In this document: positions 1 through 13,600 of the stretch, piece by piece | Layout of the letters: each line of letters opens with the position of its first letter | How positions within the stretch are numbered: position 1 is the first letter of the stretch | Origin: Lingula anatina | Lineage: Eukaryota; Animalia; Brachiopoda | NCBI GenBank assembly: GCA_051362555.1 | Contig: CM120643.1 | Span: 7,316,001-7,380,000 of the forward strand | Length of the DNA stretch: 64,000 bases | Direction of reading: 5' to 3' | The notes under the pieces: generated by a model | What the model was told of the DNA's origin: nothing | Database searches by the model: none | The model's input: the letters and a program-made list of their open reading frames with translations, nothing else | Program-made: the position numbers and the translations under genes

Positions 1-1183
1 TAAAGTCACATGTGAAGATTTTCAACCATGCATGTGCACTATTATGATATGCCCTTGTTTATATTACTAGCAAGACCAAGAATAAAAAGGCCTAGTTTAC
101 AGCTTGTGAACTTGGTTTCAGATTATTGTTCAACATTCATTGGCTCCTTTCTTTTTTTTATGTCAGTGGAGAGTTATCAAATCTTCTTCAATGCTGTCAG
201 AAAGCACTCCAAATGTCTCCTAATTATTGGGTAACCTGTAAAAAAGCAAATAAAAAACTTCAATATTTCATGATGAAACACTACATCCATGCGGTATTCT
301 ACAGCAAAAAAGCCTTTGACCTTATTATAAAAATTATCTAACTCCACACACAGCCGAAGAATGTTAATTTTGAAAATATTGTACCTAAAACCCTTTACAC
401 TGGACCGCATCCTTTCTGCTTCCTTTGCATGACCATGAAACTGGCATTGCTGTGGTCGTAGAAAGGAGGCACAAGCATCACTTTGGTTGCAAAATGAATG
501 CTCAATGATCAGCCAGTTGTCAGAACGTATTTTTTTTTTAAATTTCAAATGGGGCCGTACTACAGAATGCAGAAAGGACATCATCCATTGTAAAGGGGGC
601 TTAAGACAAGAGACAGAAAAACTGGCAAATGTACAGGCACCAGTCTTAGTAAATATAGCCACACAGCAAATATGAAGTAAAAACAAGGCAACAAAGTTGT
701 CAAATGTACAGATAAATGCAGAAAATAACGACACAGAAAAGATGTAATTTTATCAATTTTGATGCAATAATAAAGAATGATTATAACAGCACAGTCAATC
801 AACACTAAAATTTAATCATGCACAACAGGTAACATGGTCAATAAGATTATAGTTTCAGGATCATGAGAGTTCAAATTCAAATAATGAAAATACCAATATG
901 TGAAAAATGATGACAGTACATAAAATTATATCACATAATGTTTAAAGAAATAAATACCAAAACTATTGCTTATGTGGAAATACAGAAAATGTACAGAGCT
1001 TTGGGTGGATAGGAGTTAAAAGTCACATCTTGAAGATGCCAGTGTTTGAAATAAAAAAAAAAAATTTATAAAAGGAAACATAGCAAAAAATATTCCAATA
1101 AAGCTGGTATTCAAACTTTCAATCTAGTTGTATTAACACAATATAACCCCACTGAGTTTGAGGATAATAAGGCACTGTTATAC

Positions 1184-1223
<40 letters not shown>

Positions 1224-1830
1224 GCTTCTTATATGGCACCTTACATGCTACCTCAAGGCGCCTTACAATAATGGATAATGTAACTAAAATCATCAAAATG
1301 ACTATAATATTAAAGTCTAACTCACTCATTGGAATCCATTTAAAATTAACACTACTAAAAACTCAATCTTATTAAAATATATAAAAAAATCTAAGAGCAA
1401 TAGACAGATTTTAAAATGTGGGTCTTTAGAAGGGATTTAAAAGTGTCAAAGTCTTCTGCTGTTCTAATAAAATTTGCTAAGGCACTCCACACTTTGGGGG
1501 CATAGATTGTAAAAGCCCAATCACCATAACTTTTGAGAGACCCTTTCTCTAAAACAGAATGTTGTAAAATAAAATCATTCTCAGTATTAAAATGTGTGGA
1601 CTGCTGTGGTGAGTTAAAACAGATAAGATCAGATAAATATATATATTTGGTCATTGTGTATGGATCGCCTTAAAAATAATACAAAGTACTTTATAATCAA
1701 TCCTCTGCTTCACTGGCAGCCAGTGTAATTCTTTCAGAATGGGAGTGATATGGTGTGTACTAATGCACTTTATTTGACAAACCAGTCTTGCAGCTGAGTT
1801 TTGAATAACTTTTAATAACTTATAATTTTA
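1184..1830 (-). mobile_element. L2/CR1-type LINE 3' end fragment (degenerate ORF2 C-terminus, 3' tail, (ATT)n)
   Basis: Minus strand translates to VIQNSAARLV...HITPILKELHWLPVKQRIDYKVL and SYGDWAFTIYAPKVWSAL...DTFKSLLKTH, typical L2 ORF2 C-terminal motifs. These are followed by the tail TGTAAGGCGCCTTGAG...CCATATAAG and (TTA)n at 1184-1223. Confidence 0.85.
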
Positions 1831-2223
1831 TTCATCTATAGCATTAATGTTAGCATTACACAAAATAATTTTTTTCCTTTGTAAAATTATTTGCAATATT
1901 AAGCAACATTTACCTGCATAATTATCACTGATTCCTAATCATGTGACACTGTTAATTTAGACTTTTACAAACTGTATCTGGAAGAGAGCTAAGCCTATGG
2001 GAGACTGACCACCTGTTGTATCCAAATAACACCAAGGACTATGTGAAAAATAAAAATTTTATAAAGAACTGCATTGCTTCCAAAACTGAAAGCCATCACA
2101 CTGATTTTCCAACACAAGCTACACTGCAGTCCTATGAATCTTTTCAGTTAGTCTGAGAAACATAAGTGAATTGGTTTTGCCTTAATGGTCATCCTGGAAG
2201 CAGTGTCCAAAAAAGTTTTTTTT

Positions 2224-2410
2224 TCACTTTTTATGCAATATTACATAATGCTTAACAGCATGCTGACCATCAATTTTTAAAAATAAAATAAAAGTATCAA
2301 GGATATTCAGAAAATGTGACCAGCAAAGGTCTTGAAGCCCATGGAGTTTCAGTCACACCTTGAAAATGCCAATGTGAAATATGAAATTTTCTCAAAAACC
2401 TGTATAACTT
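2224..2410. repeat. Dispersed repeat family, inverted homolog of 39980-40160
   Basis: GAAGCCCATGGAGTTTCAGTCACACCTTGAAAATGCCAATGTG aligns by eye to the reverse complement of CACATATTGGCATTTTCAGGGTGTGACTTTGAAGTTCCACGGGCTT at about 40016-40062, and the flanks also align. Confidence 0.65.
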
Positions 2411-2493
2411 AAAAAAAAAAAAAAAAATCAACCAATCAGACTTGTTTTCCAGCTAAAGCTGTATTTAGGTTCTATGTTTTTTTCCTGTAAGTT

Positions 2494-2872
2494 CAGTCAT
2501 GCTGAAACCGTAGATCCTATCGGTAATGACCAGGCATAATTTGTCTGGACTGGTAAAAAATTGAACTTCGTCGGTCCAAAGGACTGACAAGAGTTTAAAG
2601 GGCCGCCATTTTGAATTTACAGTCATCATTTGACATATTTCACTAATAAAATTATATAAATCCCATAGTGTTTTCTTCCTCCATTTACTAATCAGGCAAG
2701 ATGTAAAAAAACGATCACATTCACAAAGTTAGCTAGCCAATCACAGTAATAATGTAATTGTTGAAGTGCATACCACTACACGAGGACCACTTAAAATTAG
2801 CTGGGACTAGTAAAACAGCAAAGTCACTAGTCCCATAGGACCAGTGACCCAAAATTTCTGTTTTAACCCGTT
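2494..2872 (+). mobile_element. Old non-autonomous hAT-like MITE, distant relative of the 33412 hAT ends
   Basis: The left end (CCGTAGATCC...GGCATAATTTGTCTGGACTGGTA...TCGGTCC) and right end (GGGACTAGT...TAGTCCCA) parallel the subterminal layout of the hAT at 33412/39972. TIRs are degenerate. Confidence 0.4.
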
Positions 2873-2919
2873 ATCAGTGTTGCATATATGCTGAAAAAGA
2901 AAACAGTATAACTTTTGAA

Positions 2920-3790
2920 ATGATGGCCTGATCATGCTGATTTCAAACTCGACCTACATTTTATAAATATTCATCAGTTCTGTAAGTTTCTTGCTAAAAG
3001 AAAAAAAACAGTTTTCCACTTACCATGTTATCGGTGTTACATATATGTATAAAAAAAAAAGAGAAAAAAACAGCCTAACTTTTGAAAAAAATGGCCCAAT
3101 CATGTTGATTTTTTAGATTGACCTGCATTTTATGAATATTCATCAGTTCTGTAAGTTTCAAGTGAAAAGGTTAAAAGGCTTTCAAGTAATCTTGTTAATG
3201 GTGAAAGTGCATGGCGACGACGACAACGACAGGCGCAGGTGACTGCTATATGTACAGACACATCTGTGTTTGTACATAAAAAATTGCTTAGATGAGAAAA
3301 ATATCAATAGAACAATTTTAAATTTCCAATTTGCTCCATTTTGAGATTCTAAACATAGTGAGAGATTGAAACTGCACTGATGTGACTTTATTGCCATTTT
3401 TGACACTTTATTGCACACTATAAGATAGCAGATTAACCATCAGTAGTAGTCCAAACAGACTGATTTTTGAACTTGACCTGTATTTTATGGATAAAATATG
3501 CTGAAAAAAAAGGAACAATGGTCTGATCAGGCCGATTTTCGCATTTCACTTGTGTTTTTATGAATATTCATCAGTTCTATGAGCTAAATGATGAAAGGTA
3601 AAACAGTTTTCATATTAGTTTACTGTTATATAATAATGAAAGTGCACAATGCTGACGACGACAGCATAACTTGCTGCATAAGCAAAGGCTATATGTACAA
3701 ACACATCTGTCTGTACAGAAAAAAAATGGTTAGATCATGCTGATTTTCAAATTCAACCTGTATTTTAAGAATATTCATCAGTTCGAAGAG
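2920..3790. repeat. Degenerate multi-copy repeat with core AATATTCATCAGTTC
   Basis: The core recurs near 2966, 3135, 3563 and 3770 with similar flanks (ACCTG.ATTTTA; CATGCTGATTT). Confidence 0.6.
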
Positions 3791-5333
3791 AATAGGTCAA
3801 TGTGTCTGTACATAAAAACTGACACCACTTCCAGTGTTGCGCTTGACAAGCTCTACAAAATGCAATAAACAAGACGTCCCTCGCATTTACAGTTCCAAAA
3901 TAAGTAGGTGTAAGAGAGTTTTCAGTCTTGGCACCAAATGACTGCTTCTCCCATAGAAATGCACCGATTGACCTCAAACTTAAGAAAATGAAAGGAGAAA
4001 GTAAGAGTGACTCTTCATTATAATATGACAGCTTAGGTCTGTGTAGTTTCCGAAAAAAAGGCACAAACAATTTTTTTTGCAGAAAATTCCCATTTTTACA
4101 AAAATTTGGCCGGTTTGACATTGAAAAGATCATTTGCAACAATTGCTACTGGAAAGAAAGCTACTAGTAAATAAAAAATGTTTGAAAAGAAGACCAAGAA
4201 CAACATACATGGACAACATAAAAGAATAAACAGGTCAAAAAAGTATAGTTCAAGTATATGAGAGATGTGGTGATCCATGACAGTCAACCTGCAATGAGTG
4301 GATGGCACCCAGTGATGATGAAGTAAACTCAATTTATAGAACAATTTTGGGTAAATAGTTTTAAGGCCCAGATCTCAAAACAAGGATGACTTTTATTGTC
4401 AGTTATCAATTTCTGTATTCTTAGCTTAGTTATGCCAAAAAATTCTACTTCGTGCAAAACAGGCAGTAAGCACACCCCCCCCCCCAAATAGCAATAAGAT
4501 TCTATCACAAAGTGTTACGTCTACTTTGACCTCTTTCACAATATTTTTAAAGAATTACTCTGTTCAGAAAAATTATAGTGTTACTTCCTTACCTTATGTG
4601 AGGGATTTTTTTCAATTCCACCCTCAAAAACTTGTGCAAACTTGCAGATTTCCCTTTCACCATACTAAAAGGCACCTTGAGAACCTCTCTGTATCCTGCT
4701 TGATATAGGAATTTTTTGTCAGCCTTTGCTTCACCTGGTGAATAAAGGAAACCAAATCAATGTAACATAAAACATATTTCAATGTCTTACTGAGAGGAAA
4801 TGTGTGCCTAAATGCACTGAAAAATTAATATTTACACAAAGAAAACCTATTCATGTCAAAACTTTATCACATAGACATATAACACATTCAAATTAAGATG
4901 GCCTCTGTTTGAAGCGTGAAATAATATACTGTTACCTAGGAAATATATACCACAGCATGTTGAGATTTAGTGAGGCAGTGGAGTATAGTACTTTTTATTT
5001 GACATACATACAGAGAGAAAATACTCATTCCCCCCCCCCATAAAAAATTACCAAAAAACCAAAAAAGGTACATAGCCATAGTCAAATAACATCTTTAGGT
5101 ATTACTGATAAATGCTGATTGAAATCAACAAGGCAGGTGCACAGCTTGCAACTTACATATGTTGAATTTATATGAGAAGTGTACTATACAAGCATCAGTT
5201 GTCTACATTACTCTCTATTGATACATCATTGTTGTCCTTTGTACCCTATTGTTATTCTCAGTACCCCATTGTTGTTATGGCTATATAAGCTGGCCCTCAG
5301 TGGGTAACCAGCAAGTATATAGGAGAAATAGGC

Positions 5334-7379
5334 TCAATACACTGAAGTCAAGCTTGTGTTAGTTATAACCCAAAGCCACTCATGGCAGCAGGGTGGGCTT
5401 ACTAAAGCCGTCTCTACATACAACAACCACATTTTTAACTCACCAGTTAACATTGGTTTGTTGATAAAGAAATCTTTATCATGAAGAATCCACACTGCTA
5501 TTCTTCTCCATCTTTCTGGCAAGGCAGACATGTTTTCCATTTTGAGGAATCCATTTTCATCAAAGACCCTGGGCACCAGCTTCATGTCTACAGGCTCATT
5601 CAATTCATTCAAACAGACTTCCACAATAGGTTGATATATAGGAAGTACTGGGATGACTCTTGCCATGTGGGGACCACCAAGAATTATCTGTACAGCTGCT
5701 AAAACAGCCTTCTTTGAGGAATGCTGACATTTATTTTTCAATTTCTCTGCACAGTATTGGATACCATCTGCTTTGTAAAGGCTTGGTGGAATCTTCTCAA
5801 CATACTTGTCAATTTGCTCTATTTCTAACCTTCCACACAACTCCACAATCTTTATACACCCTTGAGGCTTCATGACATTTAATGATTCCTCCTTCATCAG
5901 ACCAGACTGGAACCAACTATCAAGTATTCCACTGAAGAGTTCATAATAGCCATGATGGCGCATCAAATCACAAGTAATGGAAAGCAATTTGAAAGGGGGG
6001 ATATTTCTCCCTTGGTTTTGCACTAAATCAACCACTTTTTTTAAAAAAGCAATATTTGTATTGCAATCCATTAATAGGTAAGCCTGAAGTAATCTATAAC
6101 CACCGTCCCCATCGATATCTTGTGCATTAGCCACAAAGTTCTCAGCAACTTTCAACAGCATTTCATGATCAGAATAATACATTACACTAAATTCCCATGT
6201 AATACCAATTTGCTGTCTCAATGGCAACAAAGATGCGTGCTTCTTAAATATCTCAGCAAGTTCTGTAACATATTGTACATCCATGAAACCTTTATTCAAC
6301 TTCTGCTTTTTGGCTAAGCCCAACATCCACTTAATGCACAGGAATGCACGTATCTTGTATTCTTCAGTTCCATCACAAAGCAGAATCTCCAACCCCTTCC
6401 ATAAAATGTCAGAGGGCACCAAATATTCAACATTATGACAGAGTTGGACATACCTGTACACTTCTCTCGGCTCAGAGAATTCACTGTTGAATTTCAGCTC
6501 CTGTAAAAAATGTCTTACATCATTTTCATCCACCCATTTTCCACCCAGTTCACAAGAATAGTGTGTTGCAGATTCTAGAACACTAACAAGCCAGTGAATT
6601 TCTTTGCCTCCAAGTTCTTTCCTCTCTAGCTTTACCTCACTCATCAAGTGCTTCAAGAAAATCCTTATCTGCTCTTCAAGGTAATTCTGCTTGTATAGTA
6701 CAGACAGACGTAACCATCGGTGGCAGGCATCTATCCTAATCTTAACATGCCATTCGGACCATACCTGTGACATGTGTCTCTCCAGTTCCTTATAAAACTG
6801 AAGGATTTCTGGAGATGGCTGAATTAAAACCCCAACTAACAACAATCCGATTAACTGACGTGGAACACTTCCCTCCATCAAACCTTTGTTGAGGATGGTT
6901 AGCAGGGCTGATGATAACCTGTCATCTTGTAGAAGATGAGTGTTTTGATATCTTGGCGAATCCCTCAAACATTTAAGACTAACAGCATATATATACGGTA
7001 GAAGTCCGCCAAGGTCCTTTTCAGCTTCACGAGGTCCGTTCTCGTAATCACTAATAATCTCCCCTTCGCTCATTCCATCTTGCATAAGGTACTCCTTCGC
7101 CTCTCTTTCCAAATGAACTTGGCTGTGTCTGATGAGGTAGTTCAATTCATCTTCCTTGATTGTTTTTGTAGAGTATGACAGCTCAGTCCCAGTGGTAACT
7201 CTCCCCATCGTCCAACCCCACATCATGTGAGGGCTTCGCCTTCGGAGTTGAGAGACGGCACATGTAAATCGCAGCGATTGATGGCATTGTGAGGGTTGTG
7301 CCAAACACTGAGTTATTCTACCAACAAAACTGTGTCGACTACAACTTCGGTAGACATATCTCAGTGCCGAATAAAACAT
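5334..7379 (-). CDS. Intronless FAST kinase domain (FASTKD)/RAP-family mitochondrial RNA-binding protein-like, about 681 aa
   Basis: 2-kb open frame. The first in-frame ATG is 7379 (the track start at 7454 is TTG). It has an R/S-rich, acid-free N-terminus typical of a mitochondrial presequence (MFYSALRYVYRSCSRHSF...) and a helical Leu-rich body. The C-terminal RRIAVWILHDKDFFINKPMLTGELKM...HEW resembles the RAP domain. The paralog cannot be assigned. Confidence 0.65.
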   Translation of the reverse strand: MFYSALRYVYRSCSRHSFVGRITQCLAQPSQCHQSLRFTCAVSQLRRRSPHMMWGWTMGRVTTGTELSYSTKTIKEDELNYLIRHSQVHLEREAKEYLMQDGMSEGEIISDYENGPREAEKDLGGLLPYIYAVSLKCLRDSPRYQNTHLLQDDRLSSALLTILNKGLMEGSVPRQLIGLLLVGVLIQPSPEILQFYKELERHMSQVWSEWHVKIRIDACHRWLRLSVLYKQNYLEEQIRIFLKHLMSEVKLERKELGGKEIHWLVSVLESATHYSCELGGKWVDENDVRHFLQELKFNSEFSEPREVYRYVQLCHNVEYLVPSDILWKGLEILLCDGTEEYKIRAFLCIKWMLGLAKKQKLNKGFMDVQYVTELAEIFKKHASLLPLRQQIGITWEFSVMYYSDHEMLLKVAENFVANAQDIDGDGGYRLLQAYLLMDCNTNIAFLKKVVDLVQNQGRNIPPFKLLSITCDLMRHHGYYELFSGILDSWFQSGLMKEESLNVMKPQGCIKIVELCGRLEIEQIDKYVEKIPPSLYKADGIQYCAEKLKNKCQHSSKKAVLAAVQIILGGPHMARVIPVLPIYQPIVEVCLNELNEPVDMKLVPRVFDENGFLKMENMSALPERWRRIAVWILHDKDFFINKPMLTGELKMWLLYVETALVSPPCCHEWLWVITNTSLTSVY

Positions 7380-7486
7380 GATTACATGATTAAAATATTC
7401 CCAGTACTGAACACGTCCATGGCCTCCACCTCGACCACGAGGCAGTTGAGGCAAGCTCGCATTTGTAGAAACGGTAGGTCAGGTCA

Positions 7487-7497
7487 CAAAATGGCGG
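7487..7497 (-). promoter_or_regulatory. YY1-type motif CCGCCATTTTG near the probable TSS of the FASTKD-like gene
   Basis: The plus strand reads CAAAATGGCGG about 110 bp upstream of the ATG, in a locally CpG-richer patch. Confidence 0.4.
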
Positions 7498-7811
7498 AAA
7501 ACGGCATCTCAGGCTACGAGGAAAAATTGACATAAAAAGCGGAACCTCATACTAGAGAATAAACACCCCTTTCAACGCAATATTCACGTGAACAGCCAAA
7601 ACCGGTATTTTTTATATCATGCTACCTTTTCTCAAGCATCTGCTCTGGCTATAATTAAGGGCACGGGTGCTTTTAAAAACTTAGAGGGATAATAACTGTT
7701 CATTTTGGCCAAAAAATGAATTTACTGGGGTAAACAACAATTTTTCAAGTCTTACTAATGGTTAATGAACACATCCCAACATTCAAAGTTATTCCCTGTT
7801 TTTTTCTGAAA

Positions 7812-7860
<49 letters not shown>

Positions 7861-10559
7861 TCTCTTAGCTGGCCTATACTAGAAAGTATATCAAATTGAT
7901 GTCATCACTCAGCTGGGTCTGGTACAAAGTAATTTTGTAAAGGCATTATTGATTGACAAAAAATGTCTCTTTTACTTGGAAAAGACGTCCTTTAAAAAAT
8001 AATTTGTCAGTGGAGATTTTAGGGGATAGTGAAGAAACAATTAAAACTGACAGCTCATCAAAGGGATTCCTGGATAAATGAGATTTTCTGTTTACCCCAC
8101 TTCTACCTGGGGATGTGCCTTCATTAAGGCTAACAACATGATTAACGGGGGGAGGGGGGAGGTTAAAACAACAAATTTTAAAGAGTGACAGTAAGTTCAT
8201 CAAAGGGATTTCTGGATAAATGAGATTATCTGTTATCCCTATCTCTACCTGGTGAATATTTTGATCTAAGGCAGGCATTTATAATTTTTCTCAGTGTCAC
8301 ATTGTTCATTTTCAGTATTATATTCATTACCGGGGTCGGTTGTCAAGGGGGTAATTGCCCGAAGGGGGGGGGGGGGAATTATCCGGGGGGAGGGGGGGGG
8401 GGTCCTAATACCTGCGACCACATCGCATCCAGCCACCTAGCGCGTTCAAATATTTTTTCAATTTGTCATCCTTTCGCTGTCCTTTTCTCGAATCCCTTAA
8501 TTAATATGTACAGTTAGCAATTATTGATAATCTCACACAAAGTGGTTGTGGCTTCAAAATACATTTATTTAAGACATATAAAACAAAATACGTATCTAAG
8601 CTCACATATAACATGGCACCGACAACAGACGAGGTTGGCCACTCACATGCCAGCATAATGTTATAATTATGATATTTATTCTTGCAAATATAAGTTAGAT
8701 TTTACATGGACTATAGAAGAGTGATAAAAGTAACTAAAACACATTATGACATTATCTACTAACAACATAAAGAAGATTTAACTGAATAAATTATGAAATC
8801 AATCTGCTCTTTAAAATAGTTCAATAACATAAAATAGGAATTCAATAATTAGAACATAAGATAAATCATATAAAAATTCTGAGGGTGTCTTGGGGAATGT
8901 GAATATTCTATAACTTTTGGTATAATAAATGATTTGTTCTATGATCTTCCATACATGCTCTTTAATACACATACATACATAATATTTAACTACTTAAATC
9001 ATCGCGCTGTTTTGCACAGGAATGGAATTTGTCTCTTTAAGGTCGTGGTTAACGGGGTGTTTGGATACAGTATCTTAAATACGTAGTGATACATATAGGT
9101 AGGACACAAAAATATTCTAGTAGAAAACAAAATAATTCTCATTTATTGCAATTAATATAACAAAAAATCCACATTTGTATGTTTATGTCAGACGAAATGT
9201 CACAGTTACAATCTACACGTGTTTGCAGGGACCCTCTTTTTTTTTAGTCAATTCCTTTTCCATTAAAAGGATTTTGTCCCACTAATCTCGCAGCCCCTGA
9301 AGTTAAACACTGTATTCGGTTGATACAAATTAAAATACAGGGTGTCCCAGTATAAACGTAACCCAAAAACGTGAACGCCGTTTATTTTCTGTTTACAATT
9401 ATGTACTATATATATATATATATATATATATGAAAACTGCAGAAGTTAACAAATCTACTGCTACAAACAATATGTCACGTGCTCTACTGGCAAAGATTTT
9501 GTCGTTATTTATAGAAAATACTCCAAATATGCTCTGTTATACATTGCTCGGTGTCTTTCAATTCAAAATGTAGTTTTATTAAGTAGTAAACATTAGAATG
9601 TCAATTCGAGGACTAGCGAAAACGTTCTTCAAATTTGTAAAGTGTATTGAACGAAACTGATTGGCACTCAGTCGTATGTATGCAGTCACAGACTATATAT
9701 TCCTCAGTTTAAATCGCACCACATTCTGTTCTCACGTGGTCTTCTGACCCATCTGTCCATCAATCGTCACTGTACTAAATATAAACATATCAATCATACA
9801 CTGTAAATCTACAAAGTTCATTAAATTTCCTGTTATAACCTCTCAGCAAAATTGAACAAAATGTAACGTACACCATCCCACCAAAAAAAATTTCAAATTT
9901 TATATTAAAAGAAAAAAATAACAAGGGCAAATAGAAAAGACCTCATGTTGAGCGATCTTTCAATATTTGATTTAAGCTTTCAAGTAAGACAATATTTTTA
10001 ATCAGTGATAAGACAAAAAGAAGTAAATGTTATTGCAAATAATAGTACTAAGGACTAAGTCGGCCGTAAAAACTTGTTTCGGCTTCTCGATCTTAAAGAA
10101 CGTCTCGACGTGAATTCCAAGATTTAAAAAATGTATCGCCTGCAGGGGCCTCAAGTACGGTTACCACTGTTACATGGTACTCTTTTTTCATATAAATGAA
10201 ATTCATGACATTTGGACACTTTTGAAATAAATGCATTCAGTACAAAAAAAGTTTCGAGTATTTTAAATTTTTTATTATGAAACTCCGGAGAAATTAGAAG
10301 AAAATTTTTTATGTCAACGCCCTCTATGATTTATTGCTGTTTTCACTAGCACAATGTGATGAAATTCATGGACACCGTCACAATCATGTTGAGATAGACT
10401 CTGAGGTCAAATACTGTAGCATTAACACTGTTGTAACTCAACTTCCTCTATTCTCCCGGACAATTACATACCTGTCAACACTGACAATTGCCAGAAAGGA
10501 AGATTCCCGCGCACGACCTACGTCCCCCACCCCGACACACACACACACAAAAAAAAACA

Positions 10560-10562
<3 letters not shown>

Positions 10563-10641
<79 letters not shown>
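10563..10641. repeat. (TA)n microsatellite
   Basis: About 39 TA units. A shorter (TA)n lies at about 9406-9431 and a poly-T at 7814-7855. Confidence 0.95.
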
Positions 10642-10642
<1 letters not shown>

Positions 10643-13600
10643 TTTGGAAAGTAACGCCTCGGTCAGAAATGTGTTATTAGCAGTTTGCTAAGAAAATAGT
10701 TTGACTATACAAAATGATATAGAAAAATCAAACCGGCAATTTAGAACTTTATTATATTCCAGTTCAAGTCTTTCAATGTTTCAAGAATTTCATCGGCTGT
10801 TTTACAACTTGGTCATACTAACAGCCTGTTTTAATCAATAATTAAAACAAGTTAATATTTGCGCTCCAGTATTTCATACTCCATTGTGTGGCTCTCGTCG
10901 GGGATTCAGCTTATTGCACACCTCAGGTAGAGGTGACACTCACGTCGTAAGCACAACTTACTGGAACATTTTTGAAATATTGTTTGATTTCTTTGTGAAG
11001 TCCCAAATATCTCATTTCGAAAAAAATTCATTTTCTAATTTAAAAAATTATCATTCTGTCCTTCAATCCGCAATCTGTACTACTCTTGTTTAGCCCATTG
11101 CCTATGGGGACAGTTATGCAAAAGCACTAAATCTCATTCATTAGCACGTCTGTCTTATGTTTTCTGATGCATTCTGGATAATTGCGCAAATAGGCCCTAG
11201 TGCATATATGAAAATGTGCAACATTCCGTGCAAGTCGGCAAACATACTTGATGTGATAATCGCCGACATTTTGTGTAGTTCAAAAATAGCAAACTTTTAC
11301 TTCTTGTAAATTCTGTCGACACTGCGTAGGGATTTTACGTCGTTCTTTTCACGCGCCATTATGTTGCGTCGCGTTCGTTGTGTGCAAAAACGCTAATTTC
11401 AATGAAAAATGCCAATAATTTCTTTCTCCTTTAATTTTTTTTAAATTTCTATTTCAAGACATGATAGACGAGTATGTAAGCTTCAATTTTATTCATTGGG
11501 GCAACATTTCAGAGGAAGAATTTGATAGAGTAAATCAGCGCTAAATTATAACGTCACGCTGATTTTCTAGCATAACAACAGCATAACATTTGCTGGAATT
11601 TATTTTAATTTTAGTTCCTTTCGTAGCGTTGACGTTTTGCCAGTTAATTTTCTAGTGCTGCGTTTTTAGTAATGGCGCTCTTTCTCAATAGACGTCATCT
11701 TTGAATTCGTAGTCCATCTTTGTGAGTTACTATAGTTGAAACATATGGTAGTTATATAGGCCTAAGTAGAAAAGATAAATATGAACAGGTTTTTTTAGAG
11801 ACAAAAGTTGTAAAAGTTTGTATAACCTGGTGTGTTAAAGTTAAAGGACACCGGTAAACACCCGAACGCACTCAAAACTCAATTTCCCCCGACTCTCCCA
11901 AACCTTTTATACCATCTTCATAAATATTTGTGCCGTTTTATTTCAATATATTTCCTTTTAATCCAACCTCTCTCTATTGTCGACATCTAATTTAAACTAA
12001 AATATCATATTGTCATTTCCAATGGCTTATTAGATAATTTTTTAATGAACTTTTTATCCCCCCTCCCCGCCTCGCGTTATGTCTTCACTAACACAATGGG
12101 GTGATATTTTGTGGAGTCCGTCACAATCATGGTTGAGAGAGCATCAGAATCAAAACACCGCAGTCTCTATCCTAAGGTCTAGTTGGTCAAACATAGCAAA
12201 AACTGCTCAGATATTCAAATCAGTGAACCATATTGAGTCATATCAAGAAAGCCAGTGACCTACATAATGTCGTTTCAATTCGGGGTTGATAAGGATCTGA
12301 AGTTAATTTTCGCCTGACATTTTTTGAAATATACTGATCACAAACTCGTCCAATGCATTTTTAATTTGTTGTAAAGAACAAATGAAGTTCCATCCGTTAA
12401 ATATTGGTGAGAGTTGAAAAGCAAAGGCGGTCACTTCAGCCTACCACCACCCCCTACCATGAATGTAATGGGATGGACAGCCTGGAAGGAGACGTCACTG
12501 CCTCAGTGCTGAGTGATCAGGAAGTGGAGCGAAGGCGGCTTAGATATTAAGTATACGAATATCGTAATTTCAGCCATATCAATATAACGTTTTAAGAAGT
12601 CAATGTCAGGTATTAAGTTAATAGTGATTTATTTTTGAAAAGTATTTTGACGCCCGTGTGCTTAAGAGTGTTTTTGACCAATTTCCCAACATTTTCCCCA
12701 CGTACTATTATTTCCTCCTTCACGCCATCTCATCACGTCTCATAAAACAAAGGAAGATGCAGTTGCACTTCATATTTAGTATTTTGAACTTCGTCGGTAG
12801 AAATAGTAGTGGCAGTGGAAGTTTACCGTGAGAAATGGCCAAGGAGGGGAAAATGCTGTGAAATGTCTTGTAAGAGTCTGGCTATTGGCATGTTGATATT
12901 TAGTGATCGGTTGGCAGTGGAATTATAGAATATGACATAGGTATAGTAATAAACGTCCGTTTCCTAAGTAAAGAACATAATTCAAGTATTAAGGGGATAT
13001 AGTAATACACTTCCTTTTCGAATATTGGCGAGATTCGTAAATTAAGATTTAATATTTCATTTCAATAAAATGTGTGAGCTAAACTGTGGTTGTATTGATT
13101 TCTGTGTGACATGTTATAAGATGAACCCTTCAAGACATAAGGGGCGAACTGATGACCCGAAATGCTGTTCTGAACGGGTTTGAAAAGGTTTTATCCAAAG
13201 GTGTCTTTTACGTGTTTCATATCAATATAGCATCACGAATTTGAGGTGATTTACGAATTAAATGTTATATATTTAAAACGTACTCATATATAAGAAAGCA
13301 TGGTCATCAGTTTAAAAAATGCTTTATTGTATTGAAATATGTTGTATACTATCGTAGTTTCAAGATTGTCACAAGTGACATTTGTTAAATGGTACTATTT
13401 GTGGTATTCTTCAGCAAGACAGCAGGGGGTGACTTTCTAGTTTGGATGAGAATAAAGTACGCTAAAATACACAAATTTTATGTAATATTCAGCAATTTCA
13501 CCTAAATCACCAATGAACACATTATCAAATCCATTTATAAATTCTACAAGTCCGGTGTCGAATTCTTAATTTCTGTTTTTAGTAAACTTCAGTCTCATTC

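Noticed and set aside
177-734. 185-aa minus-strand ORF as a gene
   Set aside because: Non-ATG start, intron-like composition at both ends and no recognisable motif. At most it contains unassignable exon-like pieces.
7380-7454. N-terminal extension MPQLPRGRGGG of the 706-aa ORF
   Set aside because: It starts at TTG; in a eukaryote the first in-frame ATG is 7379.
10334-10691. ORFs with IYIYIY runs
   Set aside because: They are translations of a (TA)n microsatellite.
13146-13172. CTGATGA-CCC-GAAA as a hammerhead ribozyme
   Set aside because: There are only 3 nt between the core motifs, so no stem II, and no convincing cleavage site.
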